Origin: Calditrichia bacterium
GTDB taxonomy: Bacteria > Calditrichota > Calditrichia > JAJRVZ01
Length of the DNA stretch: 64,000 bases
NCBI GenBank assembly: GCA_963796965.1
Contig: CAWCNS010000016.1
Location: 128,001 to 192,000, forward strand
Direction: 5' to 3'
The translations under genes were made by a program, and so were the position numbers. This document shows, piece by piece, positions 30,207 through 41,036 of this stretch. Within the stretch, counting starts at the first letter, position 1. Every line of letters starts with the position of its first letter. The notes under the pieces are model-generated. The model was not told the origin of the DNA. It saw only the letters and a list, made by a program, of their open reading frames with translations, and searched no databases.

Positions 30207-31538
30207 TTACATGCCATTGCCTCTGCGGTATTGTCTGAGATAATATCTCATAAATATATTTTCAATTTCTAACTCCTTGTCAGACTTTATCGATTTGGTA
30301 CGAATCTCGATGATATCCGCTAAGGTATATGGTTCCAGAATTTTCAATTCACTTAAATCCATCTCATCATTATGGCCATACTCAAGGATAATTATTAATT
30401 TATCCAGGCTTATAAATTTAAAGTTATATACCACATAAGGTTCAAAAGCCGCTCCGGTATCTGTCTCAATGATCCCCATTACTTTATCTAATTCTATACG
30501 GTCCTGATAAGGCTTGCGGGAGGTCAGGGCATCAAAGGCATCGGCTACGGCCAGAATCTTTCCTCCAAGCGGTATATCATCTCCCCTCAAGTTTTCCGGA
30601 TAACCCTTTCCATCGATCCGTTCATGATGACTGGCTGCTATTTCCGGAATATCTTTATATTTTTTCATAAAATGAATTTTCTGAAGAATGCTCTTAGTGA
30701 GATTAGCATGTCTTTTGATCATTTCATACTCGTCTTCAGAAAGTTTTCTATCTTTTAACAAGATGACTTCTGGTATTCCGATTTTACCAATATCATGCAG
30801 GAGTCCCGCATAACGGATAACTTCCCGTTGTTCCGGATCGAGTTTCATAAGACGTGCTATTTCGGAAGCATAAAGGGTGACGCGACGTGAATGACCAGCG
30901 GTAATATAGTCTCTGGTATCTAATGTTGCTGAAAGGGCCTCTACGAAACTTGTAAATGATTTTTTTTGTTCTGTGTAGAGTTGAGAATTTTCTATTGCAG
31001 ACGCAGCAATAGAAGTTATTGCAGCCAGAATTTCTTCATTTTCCTTTGTGAAGCGTCCCTGTTTTCGGTTGAGAACCTGAAATACACCATTGGTTTGGTT
31101 AAAGCGGTTCTTCATGGGCATTGTGAGGATAGATTTTGTTATATAACCTGTCTTTTTGTCAATCTCTGGATTAAAACGGGTATCATTGTAGGCATTTGGT
31201 ATATTAATTGTCTCACCAGTTGTAAAAACAGTACCGGCGATACCTTTATCGGCAGGAAAACGAATTTCTTCTTTTAAACCATAAGACATCCTCGACCATA
31301 GTTCATTATTTTCCTCATCAAACAGGAATATTGTACATCTTTCGGCATTAAGGATAGTTCTAACTTCATTGATTATTTTTGCCAATAGCGTATCAAGATT
31401 GATTTCCGCTGAGAGAATTTTTGCAATTCCCAGTAAGGATTTCAATCGCTCCTGTTCATTCTTCAGGCGGGTTATCTGACTTTTCAGTTTAGAATCACCT
31501 GAGGATGTTGAACTTTTATCTTTAGTCGAGTTCCTCAT
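30207..31538 (-). CDS. GAF + HD-GYP cyclic-dinucleotide phosphodiesterase
   Basis: GAF (GIAG..D.RFN..D..TGY.TKSIL), GHSRRV, LHDIGKIG, HHERIDGKGYP and AVADAFDA motifs. Confidence 0.93.
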   Translation of the reverse strand: MRNSTKDKSSTSSGDSKLKSQITRLKNEQERLKSLLGIAKILSAEINLDTLLAKIINEVRTILNAERCTIFLFDEENNELWSRMSYGLKEEIRFPADKGIAGTVFTTGETINIPNAYNDTRFNPEIDKKTGYITKSILTMPMKNRFNQTNGVFQVLNRKQGRFTKENEEILAAITSIAASAIENSQLYTEQKKSFTSFVEALSATLDTRDYITAGHSRRVTLYASEIARLMKLDPEQREVIRYAGLLHDIGKIGIPEVILLKDRKLSEDEYEMIKRHANLTKSILQKIHFMKKYKDIPEIAASHHERIDGKGYPENLRGDDIPLGGKILAVADAFDALTSRKPYQDRIELDKVMGIIETDTGAAFEPYVVYNFKFISLDKLIIILEYGHNDEMDLSELKILEPYTLADIIEIRTKSIKSDKELEIENIFMRYYLRQYRRGNGM

Positions 31539-31710
31539 AATCTATATCTTGAATGTTATTTCTATCTTGATGGTGATCTGGCTTTTTTGATTGACCCTGA
31601 ACATGTTTATTTGAAGGACCTGCCTGAATAAAGCCTTTTATCACTTTGAATATGAAATAGCCAATAAGAAAAAGAAAAATTAATCTAAATAAGCCCATTA
31701 ATACACTCAA
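31522..31710 (-). CDS. Small single-TM protein (DUF4834-like)
   Basis: N-terminal TM and C-terminal IQDIDYEE; overlaps both neighbours. Confidence 0.6.
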   Translation of the reverse strand: MSVLMGLFRLIFLFLIGYFIFKVIKGFIQAGPSNKHVQGQSKKPDHHQDRNNIQDIDYEELD

Positions 31711-32351
31711 ATTTTATGTGGAATATAATATCTTGTACCGGCTGTATGCTGGTTTATTTCATATAATATATCCTGATAGTCACTTTCATTATGAACAAAA
31801 TCCAGATCATCTGTATTGATAACCAGGAGTGGGGTATCGCTATAATGAAAAAAGAATTTATTATACAACTCATTGAGAGCCTGAATGTACTCCAAAGTGA
31901 TACCTTTTTCCATTTTTCTCCCACGTTTTCGGATAAATTCCATCAAGTGGTTTGTGGAAGATTGTAAATAAATGACAAGGTCTGCTTTAACGATATCTTT
32001 TTCCATAATTTTAGCAAGTGTATCGTATAATTTCATCTCTTTTTCATTCAGGTTCAGAGTGGCAAAAATGCGATCTTTGGAAAAAATATAATCACTGATC
32101 ATACATTGTTGAAATAGATCATGTTGCTTTAAAGTCTGCTGTTGCTGAAAACGGCTGATCAGAAAAAAAATCTGAGTTTGGAAGGCATAATGATCAGGAT
32201 CATCATAAAAATCCTCTAAAAAGGGATTTTTTTCAAACTCTTCATAGATAGCCTTAGCACCTAATGTTTGGCTTAATCGTGCTGTAAGACTTGTCTTTCC
32301 CGCACCAATTACACCCTCGATTGCAATAAACCTTAAATCTTCGATAGCCAT
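31707..32351 (-). CDS. Deoxynucleoside kinase
   Basis: IAIEGVIGAGKTS, NPFL..FY and AFQTQIFFL.SR motifs; start at ATG 32351. Confidence 0.93.
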   Translation of the reverse strand: MAIEDLRFIAIEGVIGAGKTSLTARLSQTLGAKAIYEEFEKNPFLEDFYDDPDHYAFQTQIFFLISRFQQQQTLKQHDLFQQCMISDYIFSKDRIFATLNLNEKEMKLYDTLAKIMEKDIVKADLVIYLQSSTNHLMEFIRKRGRKMEKGITLEYIQALNELYNKFFFHYSDTPLLVINTDDLDFVHNESDYQDILYEINQHTAGTRYYIPHKI

Positions 32352-32355
32352 TTTT

Positions 32356-32847
32356 TTACCATACTGATTCGATTTTCTGAATATACGATTGATCCGTACA
32401 AGTATCCAGCAATTCTGAAATTGCCTGATTGTGAAGAGGTATACGGAGATCATTATCTAATTCTGCCAGAGGGACCAGGACAAAAAGCCTCTGGGCTAAA
32501 AGGGGATGAGGTATTTTAAGATCAGGTTCATTCACCTGATAGTTCTCACATAGCAGGATATCAATATCGATTTCCCGTGGTCCCCATTTTTCTCTTTTTC
32601 TGCGTCCAATAAATATCTCGATATTTTTTATTTCTTTCAACAATTTTTGAGGTGTCAGTGAAGACTGAAATTTTATAACGGCATTATAAAATTCTGATTG
32701 TTCCTTGTTCCCCCAAGCCTGGGATTTGTAAAGGGCAGATTTATTAAGTATCTGCCCATACTGTAATAGATGCGCACATGCTTTATTAAGGTAATCAATT
32801 CGTGGCTCAATATTTGAGCCCAGACCAAGATGATAATTATTGATCAT
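32356..32847 (-). CDS. folK: 2-amino-4-hydroxy-6-hydroxymethyldihydropteridine diphosphokinase
   Basis: LGLGSN, WGPREIDIDIL and IPHP..R.FVL.PL motifs. Confidence 0.96.
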   Translation of the reverse strand: MINNYHLGLGSNIEPRIDYLNKACAHLLQYGQILNKSALYKSQAWGNKEQSEFYNAVIKFQSSLTPQKLLKEIKNIEIFIGRRKREKWGPREIDIDILLCENYQVNEPDLKIPHPLLAQRLFVLVPLAELDNDLRIPLHNQAISELLDTCTDQSYIQKIESVW

Positions 32848-33202
32848 CTCTTGTTCTTTTGATTTCAATTTCGATATGGTCAAGAAACCCTTTTAAGGGA
32901 ACATGGGGCTTTCGCACCCTTATAAGCACTGAAGAGACTGCGAAAGCGTGCAGTATTTGACTTGCGATTCTCTCTGCAACCGTTTCTAAGAGTTTAAACT
33001 TATTATTTTCAAAAGTGTCTTTTACCAAGGCATAGATTTGTTGATAGTTTACAGTTTGGTGAAGGTCATCAGAGATTGCAGCCTGTCGTAAATCGCATTC
33101 AACTTCGATATCTAACTCAAATCTTTGGCCCATCTCTCTTTCCGCTTCGTAATAGCCATGGTGGGCATAAAGTACAATATTAGTAAGTTTTATAATATCC
33201 AT
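32837..33202 (-). CDS. folB: Dihydroneopterin aldolase
   Basis: YAHHG..E...GQ.F, DDL..TVNY, LLET.AE and VRKP motifs. Confidence 0.96.
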   Translation of the reverse strand: MDIIKLTNIVLYAHHGYYEAEREMGQRFELDIEVECDLRQAAISDDLHQTVNYQQIYALVKDTFENNKFKLLETVAERIASQILHAFAVSSVLIRVRKPHVPLKGFLDHIEIEIKRTRDDQ

Positions 33203-33274
33203 TGAAATTGTAATCCGATCTAAGGGGGTGAAAATTCTTTGGCATTTAATATATCAATACTATCATTTTATATC

Positions 33275-33309
33275 AAAAAAAAACCCTGACCGGATTCGGT
33301 CAGGGTTTT
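33275..33309 (-). terminator. Intrinsic terminator of groESL
   Basis: CCCTGACCG-loop-CGGTCAGGG with an A9 run (U-tract on the minus strand). Confidence 0.9.
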
Positions 33310-33330
33310 GAGTAGGGAGTACTTTATATT

Positions 33331-34967
33331 TTAGTACATTCCGCCCATTCCACCACCCGGAGGCATTGCCGGCATAGCAGGAGCATCCTTCTCCGGCTCA
33401 TCTGCTATCAAGGCTTCGGTCATCAGCAATAAAGCTGCGACTGATGAAGCGTTCTCCAGAGCGCTACGTGAAACTTTGGTCGGATCTATGATACCAGCCT
33501 CGAAAAGATCTTCAAAGATTTCCTTAGCGGCATTATATCCATAGGCCCCGTCTTTAGATTTAACATCTTCGACGATGACGGCTCCTTCTTTACCAGCGTT
33601 GGCAACGATCTGCCGAATGGGTTCTTCAATCAGCTCTCTTTAACAATACCAACACCAATGGTATTGTCTGCGTTAGCACCTTTAATTTTATCTAGTGCTT
33701 TTATGGTACGCAAGTAGGCAACACCACCACCAGGAACAATACCTTCTTCAACAGCTGCGCGTGTTGCATGTAAGGCGTCTTCTACGCGTGCTTTTTTCTC
33801 TTTCATTTCAACTTCTGTGGCAGCACCGATCTTCAATACAGCAACACCACCGGCTAGTTTGGCAAGGCGTTCCTGAAGTTTCTCACGGTCGTAATCACTG
33901 GAAGTGTTTTCGATCTGTGTACGGATCTGAGAAACACGGCCTTTGATCTCATCACCTTTACCACCACCTTCGATGATGGTCGTATTATCTTTGTCAATTA
34001 CAACGCGTTTGGCACTACCTAAATCAGTTGGCTGAGTATTCTCCAGTTTAAAACCAGCATCTTCACTGATCACGCGACCACCGGTCAGAATAGCAATATC
34101 TTCCAACATAGCTTTGCGGCGATCACCAAAACCTGGTGCTTTTACAGAAGCGATCTTTAAAGTTCCGCGTAATTTATTAACCACCATAGTGGCTAATGCT
34201 TCACCTTCGATATCTTCTGCAATTATCAAAAGGCCTTTGCCCATTTGTGCCACTTTTTCGAGCACCGGTAAAAGATCTTTCATATTACTGATTTTTTTGT
34301 CATGAATAAGAATGACAGGATCTTCAAGAACGACTTCCATAGTATCAGCATCAGTTACAAAATAGGGAGAGACATAACCACGATCAAACTGCATACCTTC
34401 GACAACATCAAGGGATGTTTCAATGGATTTTGCTTCCTCAACAGTAATTACACCATCTTTACCTACTTTATCCATTGCATCAGCAATCAGATTGCCAATA
34501 GCATCATCATTATTTGCAGAAATTGAACCAACCTGAGCGATTTCCTTTTTACCAGCAACTTCGCGACTCATTTTTTTCAATTCACCAACGACGGTCTCAA
34601 CAGCCATCTCGATGCCTTTTTTAAGCTCGGTTGGATTTGCTCCAGCCGTAACGTTTTTCAGACCTTCAGTATAAATAGCCTGGGCTAAAATAGTCGCCGT
34701 TGTGGTTCCATCACCAGCAACATCACTGGTTTTAGAAGCAACTTCTTTAACCATCTGTGCGCCCATATTCTCCATTGGATCTTCAAGTTCAATTTCTTTT
34801 GCAACTGTAACGCCATCTTTTGTTACAGTGGGAGAGCCGAATTTCTTGTCAATTACCACATTGCGTCCTTTAGGACCAAGTGTAACTTTTACAGCCTTTG
34901 CAAGTTGATCAATACCTTTTTTCAACTTGGTGCGGGCTTCGCTATCATATTCTATAATCTTAGCCAT
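33331..34967 (-). CDS. groEL: Chaperonin GroEL; frameshifted near 33635
   Basis: TLGPKGRNV and AGDGTTT motifs; the C-terminus ([15 protein letters not shown]) continues in another frame to the stop at 33331. Confidence 0.98.
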
Positions 34968-34992
34968 ATTTCCTCCAATTAATTTATATTAT

Positions 34993-35277
34993 TTATACTA
35001 TTGCTAAAATGTCGCTCTCGCGAACGATTAAATACTCACTGCCTTCAATGGTTACTTCCGTGCCTGAATATTTTCCATAAAGCACTTTGTCGCCAACTTT
35101 TACTTCCAATTTAATGGTTTCGCCTGAATCAGCAACTTTTCCAGCGCCGGCTGCTACCACTTTACCCATCTGTGGTTTTTCTTTAGCCGTATCTGGAAGA
35201 TAAATACCACCACTGGTTTTCTCTTCAGCTTCCAATGGTTCGATTACAACGCGATCTGATAATGGCTTAACTTTCAT
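34993..35277 (-). CDS. groES: Co-chaperonin GroES
   Basis: [20 protein letters not shown] and KYSGTEV motifs. Confidence 0.99.
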   Translation of the reverse strand: MKVKPLSDRVVIEPLEAEEKTSGGIYLPDTAKEKPQMGKVVAAGAGKVADSGETIKLEVKVGDKVLYGKYSGTEVTIEGSEYLIVRESDILAIV

Positions 35278-35324
35278 TGATTCCTCCTATTATGATTATG
35301 ATAAATGATTTATTTATATTTGTG

Positions 35325-35351
35325 TTAGCACTCAATATTGCTGAGTGCTAA
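35325..35351. promoter_or_regulatory. CIRCE operator (HrcA site)
   Basis: Perfect TTAGCACTC-N9-GAGTGCTAA upstream of groES. Confidence 0.98.
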
Positions 35352-35850
35352 CAATTTACTATCCTTACCTCTTTAAAATCAAGAAAAATTTATCTTTTAT
35401 ACACTAAATATCCTAAATTTTCATGTCATTATTTTCTGAATCTATACTTGGATTAGACTAAACCGATAAAGATACAAGATTAGAGGAAAAGGGTTTGTAT
35501 CTTATAGATGTTTTTGAATTTCTTTATAAAACTCGATCCCTGATGCCTTGAGGGTGATTCATCGCAAAGTTTTAATCAAATTAAAGCAAGATTTTTAATA
35601 CAGTTAGCATATAGATACAACAGAAAAAAAGAAGAAAAATTTTATAAATTAAATACTATGCTTGAATATTTTGTGATAAAAATTCGTAACTTGATTATGA
35701 ATCTAATTACAGTAACGAAATATCGCTTGTCCTGAGTAACGCTTGGTGAATATCCCTCCAATATTTATAAAGCGGGATTTGACTAATTCATTCAAACGTT
35801 TTCATTTATTATATCATTCCTGCCATTTTTAATTATTTATTGAGGTGTTC

Positions 35851-37041
35851 ATGAAAAAATTCAGTCTTACAACGATTCAGAAAGGAATTACTGAAGCAAA
35901 ACTAGATGGCTGGCTTTTTTATGATTTTATGGGTAGTGATCCGGTAGGGCGCTCGATGTTGAAAGTCAGTAATGAACTGATGAATTCACGTCGTTGGTTT
36001 TATTTTATTCCTTCACAGGGTGTACCGACTAAACTTGTCCATGCCTTGGAGAATAAAATTCTCGACCATTTACCAGGGAAAAAAGAAGTATATATGGGTT
36101 GGGTGGAGATGGGCGAAAAACTTCAATTAATTGTTCGGGAAAAATCAAAGATAGCTGTTCAGTATTCTGCAAAAAATGCCATTCCTATGATATCTCGTAT
36201 TGATGCAGGAATGTTTGAGTTGTTGAAATCATTCAAAATAAATCTTGTCTCTTCAGGTGATCTTGTACAAGAGTTTGATGCCCGTCTGAGCAGACCGCAG
36301 ATCAATACACATCTAAATACAGCTACTGAAATTCACTCTCTTTTTGATAAAACAGTTCGCTATATAAAACGTAAATTGAAAAGTCATCAAGAAGTAAATG
36401 AGCTAAGTATACAAAAATTTTTACAAGGTCAGTTGCAGGCCCGTGGATTGGTGTCAAGTTTGCCCCAGATTATTGCTGTTGGACAGAATACGGGTGATCC
36501 AAGATATTTTCCTACTGAGAAAAGTAATAAGCCCCTCCATGATAAAAGTCTCGTTCAATTATCACTTCGCGCGCGTGATAAAAGTGATGATGCTATTTAT
36601 GCCAGTGGTAGCTGGGTGATTTATATTGGTAAAGAATTGCCGGAATTATATGAAAATAATTTTCACATTTTAAAAAATATCCGCGATAGTGCATTTGATT
36701 TCATCCGCACATCTCTAAAAAAGGCGAAACCCATTCATGGTTGGGAAGTAGACGCCTATGCTCGAAAAATAATTGGTGAAGTTAATCTTGAACCCCATTA
36801 TCTCCACCGAACCGGTCACTCTTTGGGAAGCGCTTTCTATGGTAATGGGGCAAATCTTGATAATCTGGAAACCCGTGATAACAGAAAGATTATTCCTGGC
36901 CTCTGTTTTACTATTGTTCCGGGTATCTATTTTTCTGACTATGGAATGCGTAGTGAGATAAACCTGTATATTGATTCAAAAGGCGTTCATCTTAGCTCGC
37001 CTCAAAAACAGGATGAGATTGTTCATATCCTGCTGGGGTGA
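35851..37041 (+). CDS. M24 (Xaa-Pro aminopeptidase-like) family protein, probably catalytically degenerate
   Basis: DGWLFYDF, RRWFYFIP, HRTGHSLG, PGIY and G.RSE are present, but several metal ligands are substituted. Confidence 0.85.
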   Translation: MKKFSLTTIQKGITEAKLDGWLFYDFMGSDPVGRSMLKVSNELMNSRRWFYFIPSQGVPTKLVHALENKILDHLPGKKEVYMGWVEMGEKLQLIVREKSKIAVQYSAKNAIPMISRIDAGMFELLKSFKINLVSSGDLVQEFDARLSRPQINTHLNTATEIHSLFDKTVRYIKRKLKSHQEVNELSIQKFLQGQLQARGLVSSLPQIIAVGQNTGDPRYFPTEKSNKPLHDKSLVQLSLRARDKSDDAIYASGSWVIYIGKELPELYENNFHILKNIRDSAFDFIRTSLKKAKPIHGWEVDAYARKIIGEVNLEPHYLHRTGHSLGSAFYGNGANLDNLETRDNRKIIPGLCFTIVPGIYFSDYGMRSEINLYIDSKGVHLSSPQKQDEIVHILLG

Positions 37042-37216
37042 TGCGCGCCACTGGCTCCTCAATGCTCGTCCCTCGGTACCAGAATTTAGCTACTCGGTTT
37101 AAGGTTATAGAAGACTTGTGAAACTTGATATTTCAGGTCACTAAAGTAAAATTAGACTTGATAAGAATGAGTGAAGGGAAAAACTTTTAGATCCCAGATC
37201 TTAGTAAACCAATTCT

Positions 37217-39616
37217 ATGAAAAAGCGTATTCTTATAATAACCGCTTCAATAATCTTAGTTCTTATTATTTCATTATTCATCACCGTTTATATCCTCCTT
37301 ACAGCCTCACTTCCTGTGAGGGAAGGAACTATTCAGATAAGTGGTCTGCAGAGTGAGGTGGAAATCCTTTTTGATGAAAAAGGGATTCCCCAAATCTGGG
37401 CTGATAGTGAGAAAGATGCCTGGCTGGCTGTTGGTTGGTTACATGCGTCTGACAGACTCTTCCAGATGGAAATTACACGTCGGATTTCTCAAGGTAGGTT
37501 GTCGGAGTGGTTTGGAGATCTAACCCTGAATTACGATCGTCAACAACGTAAAGTCAATCATTTAGATCTTGCCAGACGTAGTTTGATTAATATTGAAGAA
37601 TCCCATAAAGATTTACTCAAGGCTTATGTTGCAGGAATTAACCAATTTGTTGATCAAACAAAGGCACTTCCATTTGAGTTTTATCTTTTGGGTGGCACAT
37701 ATAAGCCATGGGATATGACCGATGTTGTGGCGGTGTTCAGTTTTCAAACCTGGTTTTCAGACATTCTGCAGAATAATGACCAATTTTTTATATCTCTCGA
37801 GGATTCTCTGGGATCCGTGAAGGCGAATAATATCATCATCCCCTACCCGCCTACGGCACCTAAAACGGTACCACAACCAGAATCTATGTCTCAATTAGAG
37901 GGAAAATCCACCAGATTTAACAAAGAGCAAAATTCATGGAAGTCGGCTATTGTAAAGGCCTTATTCTTGGATGGATTTAATCCGTATAGTCTCACGCAGG
38001 CTTCTAATGCATGGGTTGTTTCTCCGCAAAAAAGTCAATCAGGGCAGGCACTTCTGGCAAACGACCCACATCTAGAGGTGAGCCGGCTTCCTCAATTCTG
38101 GTATATCGTGGGTATTCATACAAATGATGGTGAATTGGATGTTGTTGGAATTACCACGCCGGGTGTTCCAGCTGTTGTGATGGGACATAATGGGAATATT
38201 GCCTGGGCCTTTACAGCAGCCGCAATTGATATTACAGATGAATATGTCGAAAAAGTCAACCCGGAGAATTCGGCAGAATATCTGCATAGTGGAATATATT
38301 TACCATTTGAAGAACGCATAGAGTACATAAAAGTTGGTGGTTCAGGGCAGATAGATACGCTTTTGGTAAGATCTACAAAAAATGGTCCTGTGATAAGTGA
38401 AAACAGGGAAGGTACTGAGGTCCATACGATGCACTGGGCTGGCACTGATATTTTACCCTCAGAGGCAGTCGGATCAGGTTTTAAATTGACAAAATGTACT
38501 AATTTTGATCAATTTCGCAAAATAGTAACCCATTTCGCAGCCCTGGATGCAAACTGGCTTTATGCTGATAAAGACGGAAATATTGGCTATCAGCTGGGGA
38601 CACCTATTCCTGTCAGAGAGTTTGAGAAAAGTCAAACCAGGCTGCCTGGTTGGAATGATGATTATTCCTGGAAAGGATATTATTCATTGGAGGATACACC
38701 TCATGCATATAACCCGGAAAGAGGTTGGCTGGCATCGTGCAATAACAAGCCCGATGATAAAAATCTTAAATATCCTCTGCCAGGAAATTTTGCTGATGGT
38801 AGAATTCGGCGTATCCAGGAATTACTCACTTCAGCGGATCATTTCTCTGTCTCCCAAATGAAAAAATTTCAGTTGGATCTTGTTTCTGTAAATATTTTGA
38901 AATGGAAAAACGAGATTAATAAGATTCTTCTGGAAATTGGTGAAATAATGATGGCGGAATCTATCAATAATTGGAAGGGAAGTGCGGATATAAATTCAAA
39001 GTCAACGGCACTTATTGAGACTTGGATGATTATACTAATTCGGGAAATATTTGAAGATGAATTACCAAATCATATGAAGGAATTTTATAATCAGACTTAT
39101 AATCGTGAACGAAATCTTTTTTCACTGTATTTTTCTAATGATGAGATGTTTTTAAACAAGAGTGAAGGTGGGGGAGATCGGCACGAGATAGCCACCCGGG
39201 CAATGCGAGAGGCAATTCAGATCGTAGACAGAAAATCCTGGGGCGAAATTCAAACCCTGACCATGGCCCACCCGCTTGCAGAGGTTCCGCTTCTTTCTTC
39301 TTTATTGTCTCTCCGTCGGGGACCCTTTCCGAGGCCCGGTGTTACCAGTAGTTTAAACAATTCAACATCGTTCTGGAATGAAGAAGGCAAATTTGTAAGC
39401 AGGGGAGGTCCAAGCTGGCGCTTTATACTCGATTTTGAGAATAGTGATCAAACTCAGATTGTCATCCCAGCAGGACAATCCGGCCACCCTTTGAGCCCTC
39501 ATTTCTTTGACTTTTATTCTTTGTGGGAACAGGGGGAGTATTGGGTATTGCCTTTCAGCAAAGACGAAGTTATTGAGCGATCCGAATCGGTTATAAGAAT
39601 GACATCGGAACGGTGA
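37217..39616 (+). CDS. Penicillin acylase family Ntn-hydrolase (S45)
   Basis: D.KGIPQI.A, HASDRLFQM, the nucleophile motif SNAWVV, LANDPHL and GQSGHP.SPHF; N-terminal TM. Confidence 0.94.
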   Translation: MKKRILIITASIILVLIISLFITVYILLTASLPVREGTIQISGLQSEVEILFDEKGIPQIWADSEKDAWLAVGWLHASDRLFQMEITRRISQGRLSEWFGDLTLNYDRQQRKVNHLDLARRSLINIEESHKDLLKAYVAGINQFVDQTKALPFEFYLLGGTYKPWDMTDVVAVFSFQTWFSDILQNNDQFFISLEDSLGSVKANNIIIPYPPTAPKTVPQPESMSQLEGKSTRFNKEQNSWKSAIVKALFLDGFNPYSLTQASNAWVVSPQKSQSGQALLANDPHLEVSRLPQFWYIVGIHTNDGELDVVGITTPGVPAVVMGHNGNIAWAFTAAAIDITDEYVEKVNPENSAEYLHSGIYLPFEERIEYIKVGGSGQIDTLLVRSTKNGPVISENREGTEVHTMHWAGTDILPSEAVGSGFKLTKCTNFDQFRKIVTHFAALDANWLYADKDGNIGYQLGTPIPVREFEKSQTRLPGWNDDYSWKGYYSLEDTPHAYNPERGWLASCNNKPDDKNLKYPLPGNFADGRIRRIQELLTSADHFSVSQMKKFQLDLVSVNILKWKNEINKILLEIGEIMMAESINNWKGSADINSKSTALIETWMIILIREIFEDELPNHMKEFYNQTYNRERNLFSLYFSNDEMFLNKSEGGGDRHEIATRAMREAIQIVDRKSWGEIQTLTMAHPLAEVPLLSSLLSLRRGPFPRPGVTSSLNNSTSFWNEEGKFVSRGGPSWRFILDFENSDQTQIVIPAGQSGHPLSPHFFDFYSLWEQGEYWVLPFSKDEVIERSESVIRMTSER

Positions 39617-39849
39617 GACGCGATATTAGATTTTTGAAGTTGATTTTGGTTCTGGTAAAATTCTTGATGATTTTAACCAGATTCGTTTTCCCGAGGGAAA
39701 CGTTTCTTTCTGGTATTCTCAATAATTGGTTCTTGGTCCTAGGCCCTCGCTCTTCGGTTCACGGTACCGGAAGAGCTGTAACCTATGATTTAACAGGCCA
39801 CTTAAGTGAAACAAGACTTGACAAGCTGAAGCAAAGGACACAACTTTTA

Positions 39850-39910
<61 letters not shown>

Positions 39911-39926
39911 ATAAAAAGGAATTTTC

Positions 39927-41012
39927 ATGCACCAAATAATAGATTTGCATTGCGATACTATTGGCGAGGTACAGGCCGGGGCCAATCTGAGAGAGGGTAA
40001 TCCCGGGGGTCATATCGACATCTCGAGGTTAAGAAAAGGGAATGTAGGATGTCAGATTTTTGCATGCTATATTTCTTCGGTTGTTCCCGAGAAATTTGCA
40101 TATAAAGAGGTTGTTACGCTACTTAACCTGATTAATGATATCTGTGAAGTATTTTCTTCTGATTTTCAGAAAGTAGAAAGTGTTTCAGATCTTTCATCCT
40201 GTGCAGCACAAAATAAAATTGGTGTTATTTCTGCTGTGGAGAATGGACATGCTATTGCAAACAATATAAAAAATCTCGAAAAATTGTATGATTTAGGTAC
40301 GCGTTATATGACCCTGACACATTCGAAAAATTTAGAGTGGGCTGCATCGTCGGGGGAATCTGAATGTTCCTTTGATGGATTAACATCATTCGGCGAATCT
40401 GTCGTCTCAGCTATGAATGAAATAGGAATGATAATCGATGTTTCTCATGTGCATGAAAGTACATTTTGGGCGGTGGCAAAAAAAACAAAAAAACCGGTCA
40501 TCGCATCCCACTCCAATTCAGCAGCCTTATGTCCGATACCCCGTAATTTAAAAGATGACCAGATAAAGGCAATTGCCGAAACAGGAGGTATGGTTGGTAT
40601 AAATTTTTATCCCGGATTTTTAAACAAGGAATATGAAAAAAAACAAAATGAACGGTGTGGTGATTTATTTTTGATGCTTCAGGATATTGAAAAAGATCTT
40701 TGGCAGGATGCCAAAGAGAGACAGCAGGCTATGAATAAGTTAGGAACTGAATTAAATTCACGAATGGTAGATTTACATGTTGGGATTGAATCAATAGTTG
40801 ATCATATTACATATATTGTTGATCTTGTAGGCGATGATTATGTTGGTTTTGGTTCTGATTTTGATGGGCTGCCGGCTCTCCCCGTTGGAGTGACTGGTTG
40901 TGATATCTTCCCCTCAATTATCGGGGTCATGGATGCAAGAGGATTTTCTAACTCCTCTATTAAAAAAATATGTTCGCAGAATTTTATTCGTATTTTTGAG
41001 GCAATTCAATAA
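39927..41012 (+). CDS. Membrane (renal-type) dipeptidase, M19
   Basis: DLHCDT, VENG, TLTH, IDVSH, SHSN, RNL.D and GSDFDG motifs. Confidence 0.94.
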   Translation: MHQIIDLHCDTIGEVQAGANLREGNPGGHIDISRLRKGNVGCQIFACYISSVVPEKFAYKEVVTLLNLINDICEVFSSDFQKVESVSDLSSCAAQNKIGVISAVENGHAIANNIKNLEKLYDLGTRYMTLTHSKNLEWAASSGESECSFDGLTSFGESVVSAMNEIGMIIDVSHVHESTFWAVAKKTKKPVIASHSNSAALCPIPRNLKDDQIKAIAETGGMVGINFYPGFLNKEYEKKQNERCGDLFLMLQDIEKDLWQDAKERQQAMNKLGTELNSRMVDLHVGIESIVDHITYIVDLVGDDYVGFGSDFDGLPALPVGVTGCDIFPSIIGVMDARGFSNSSIKKICSQNFIRIFEAIQ

Positions 41013-41036
41013 AATAATTGAATTAGGAATTAGGAA

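Noticed and set aside
33331..34967. groEL, pyk, ptsI and htpG as pseudogenes or programmed frameshifts
   Set aside because: There are too many breaks in core genes and no shared slippery motif; sequencing error is more parsimonious.
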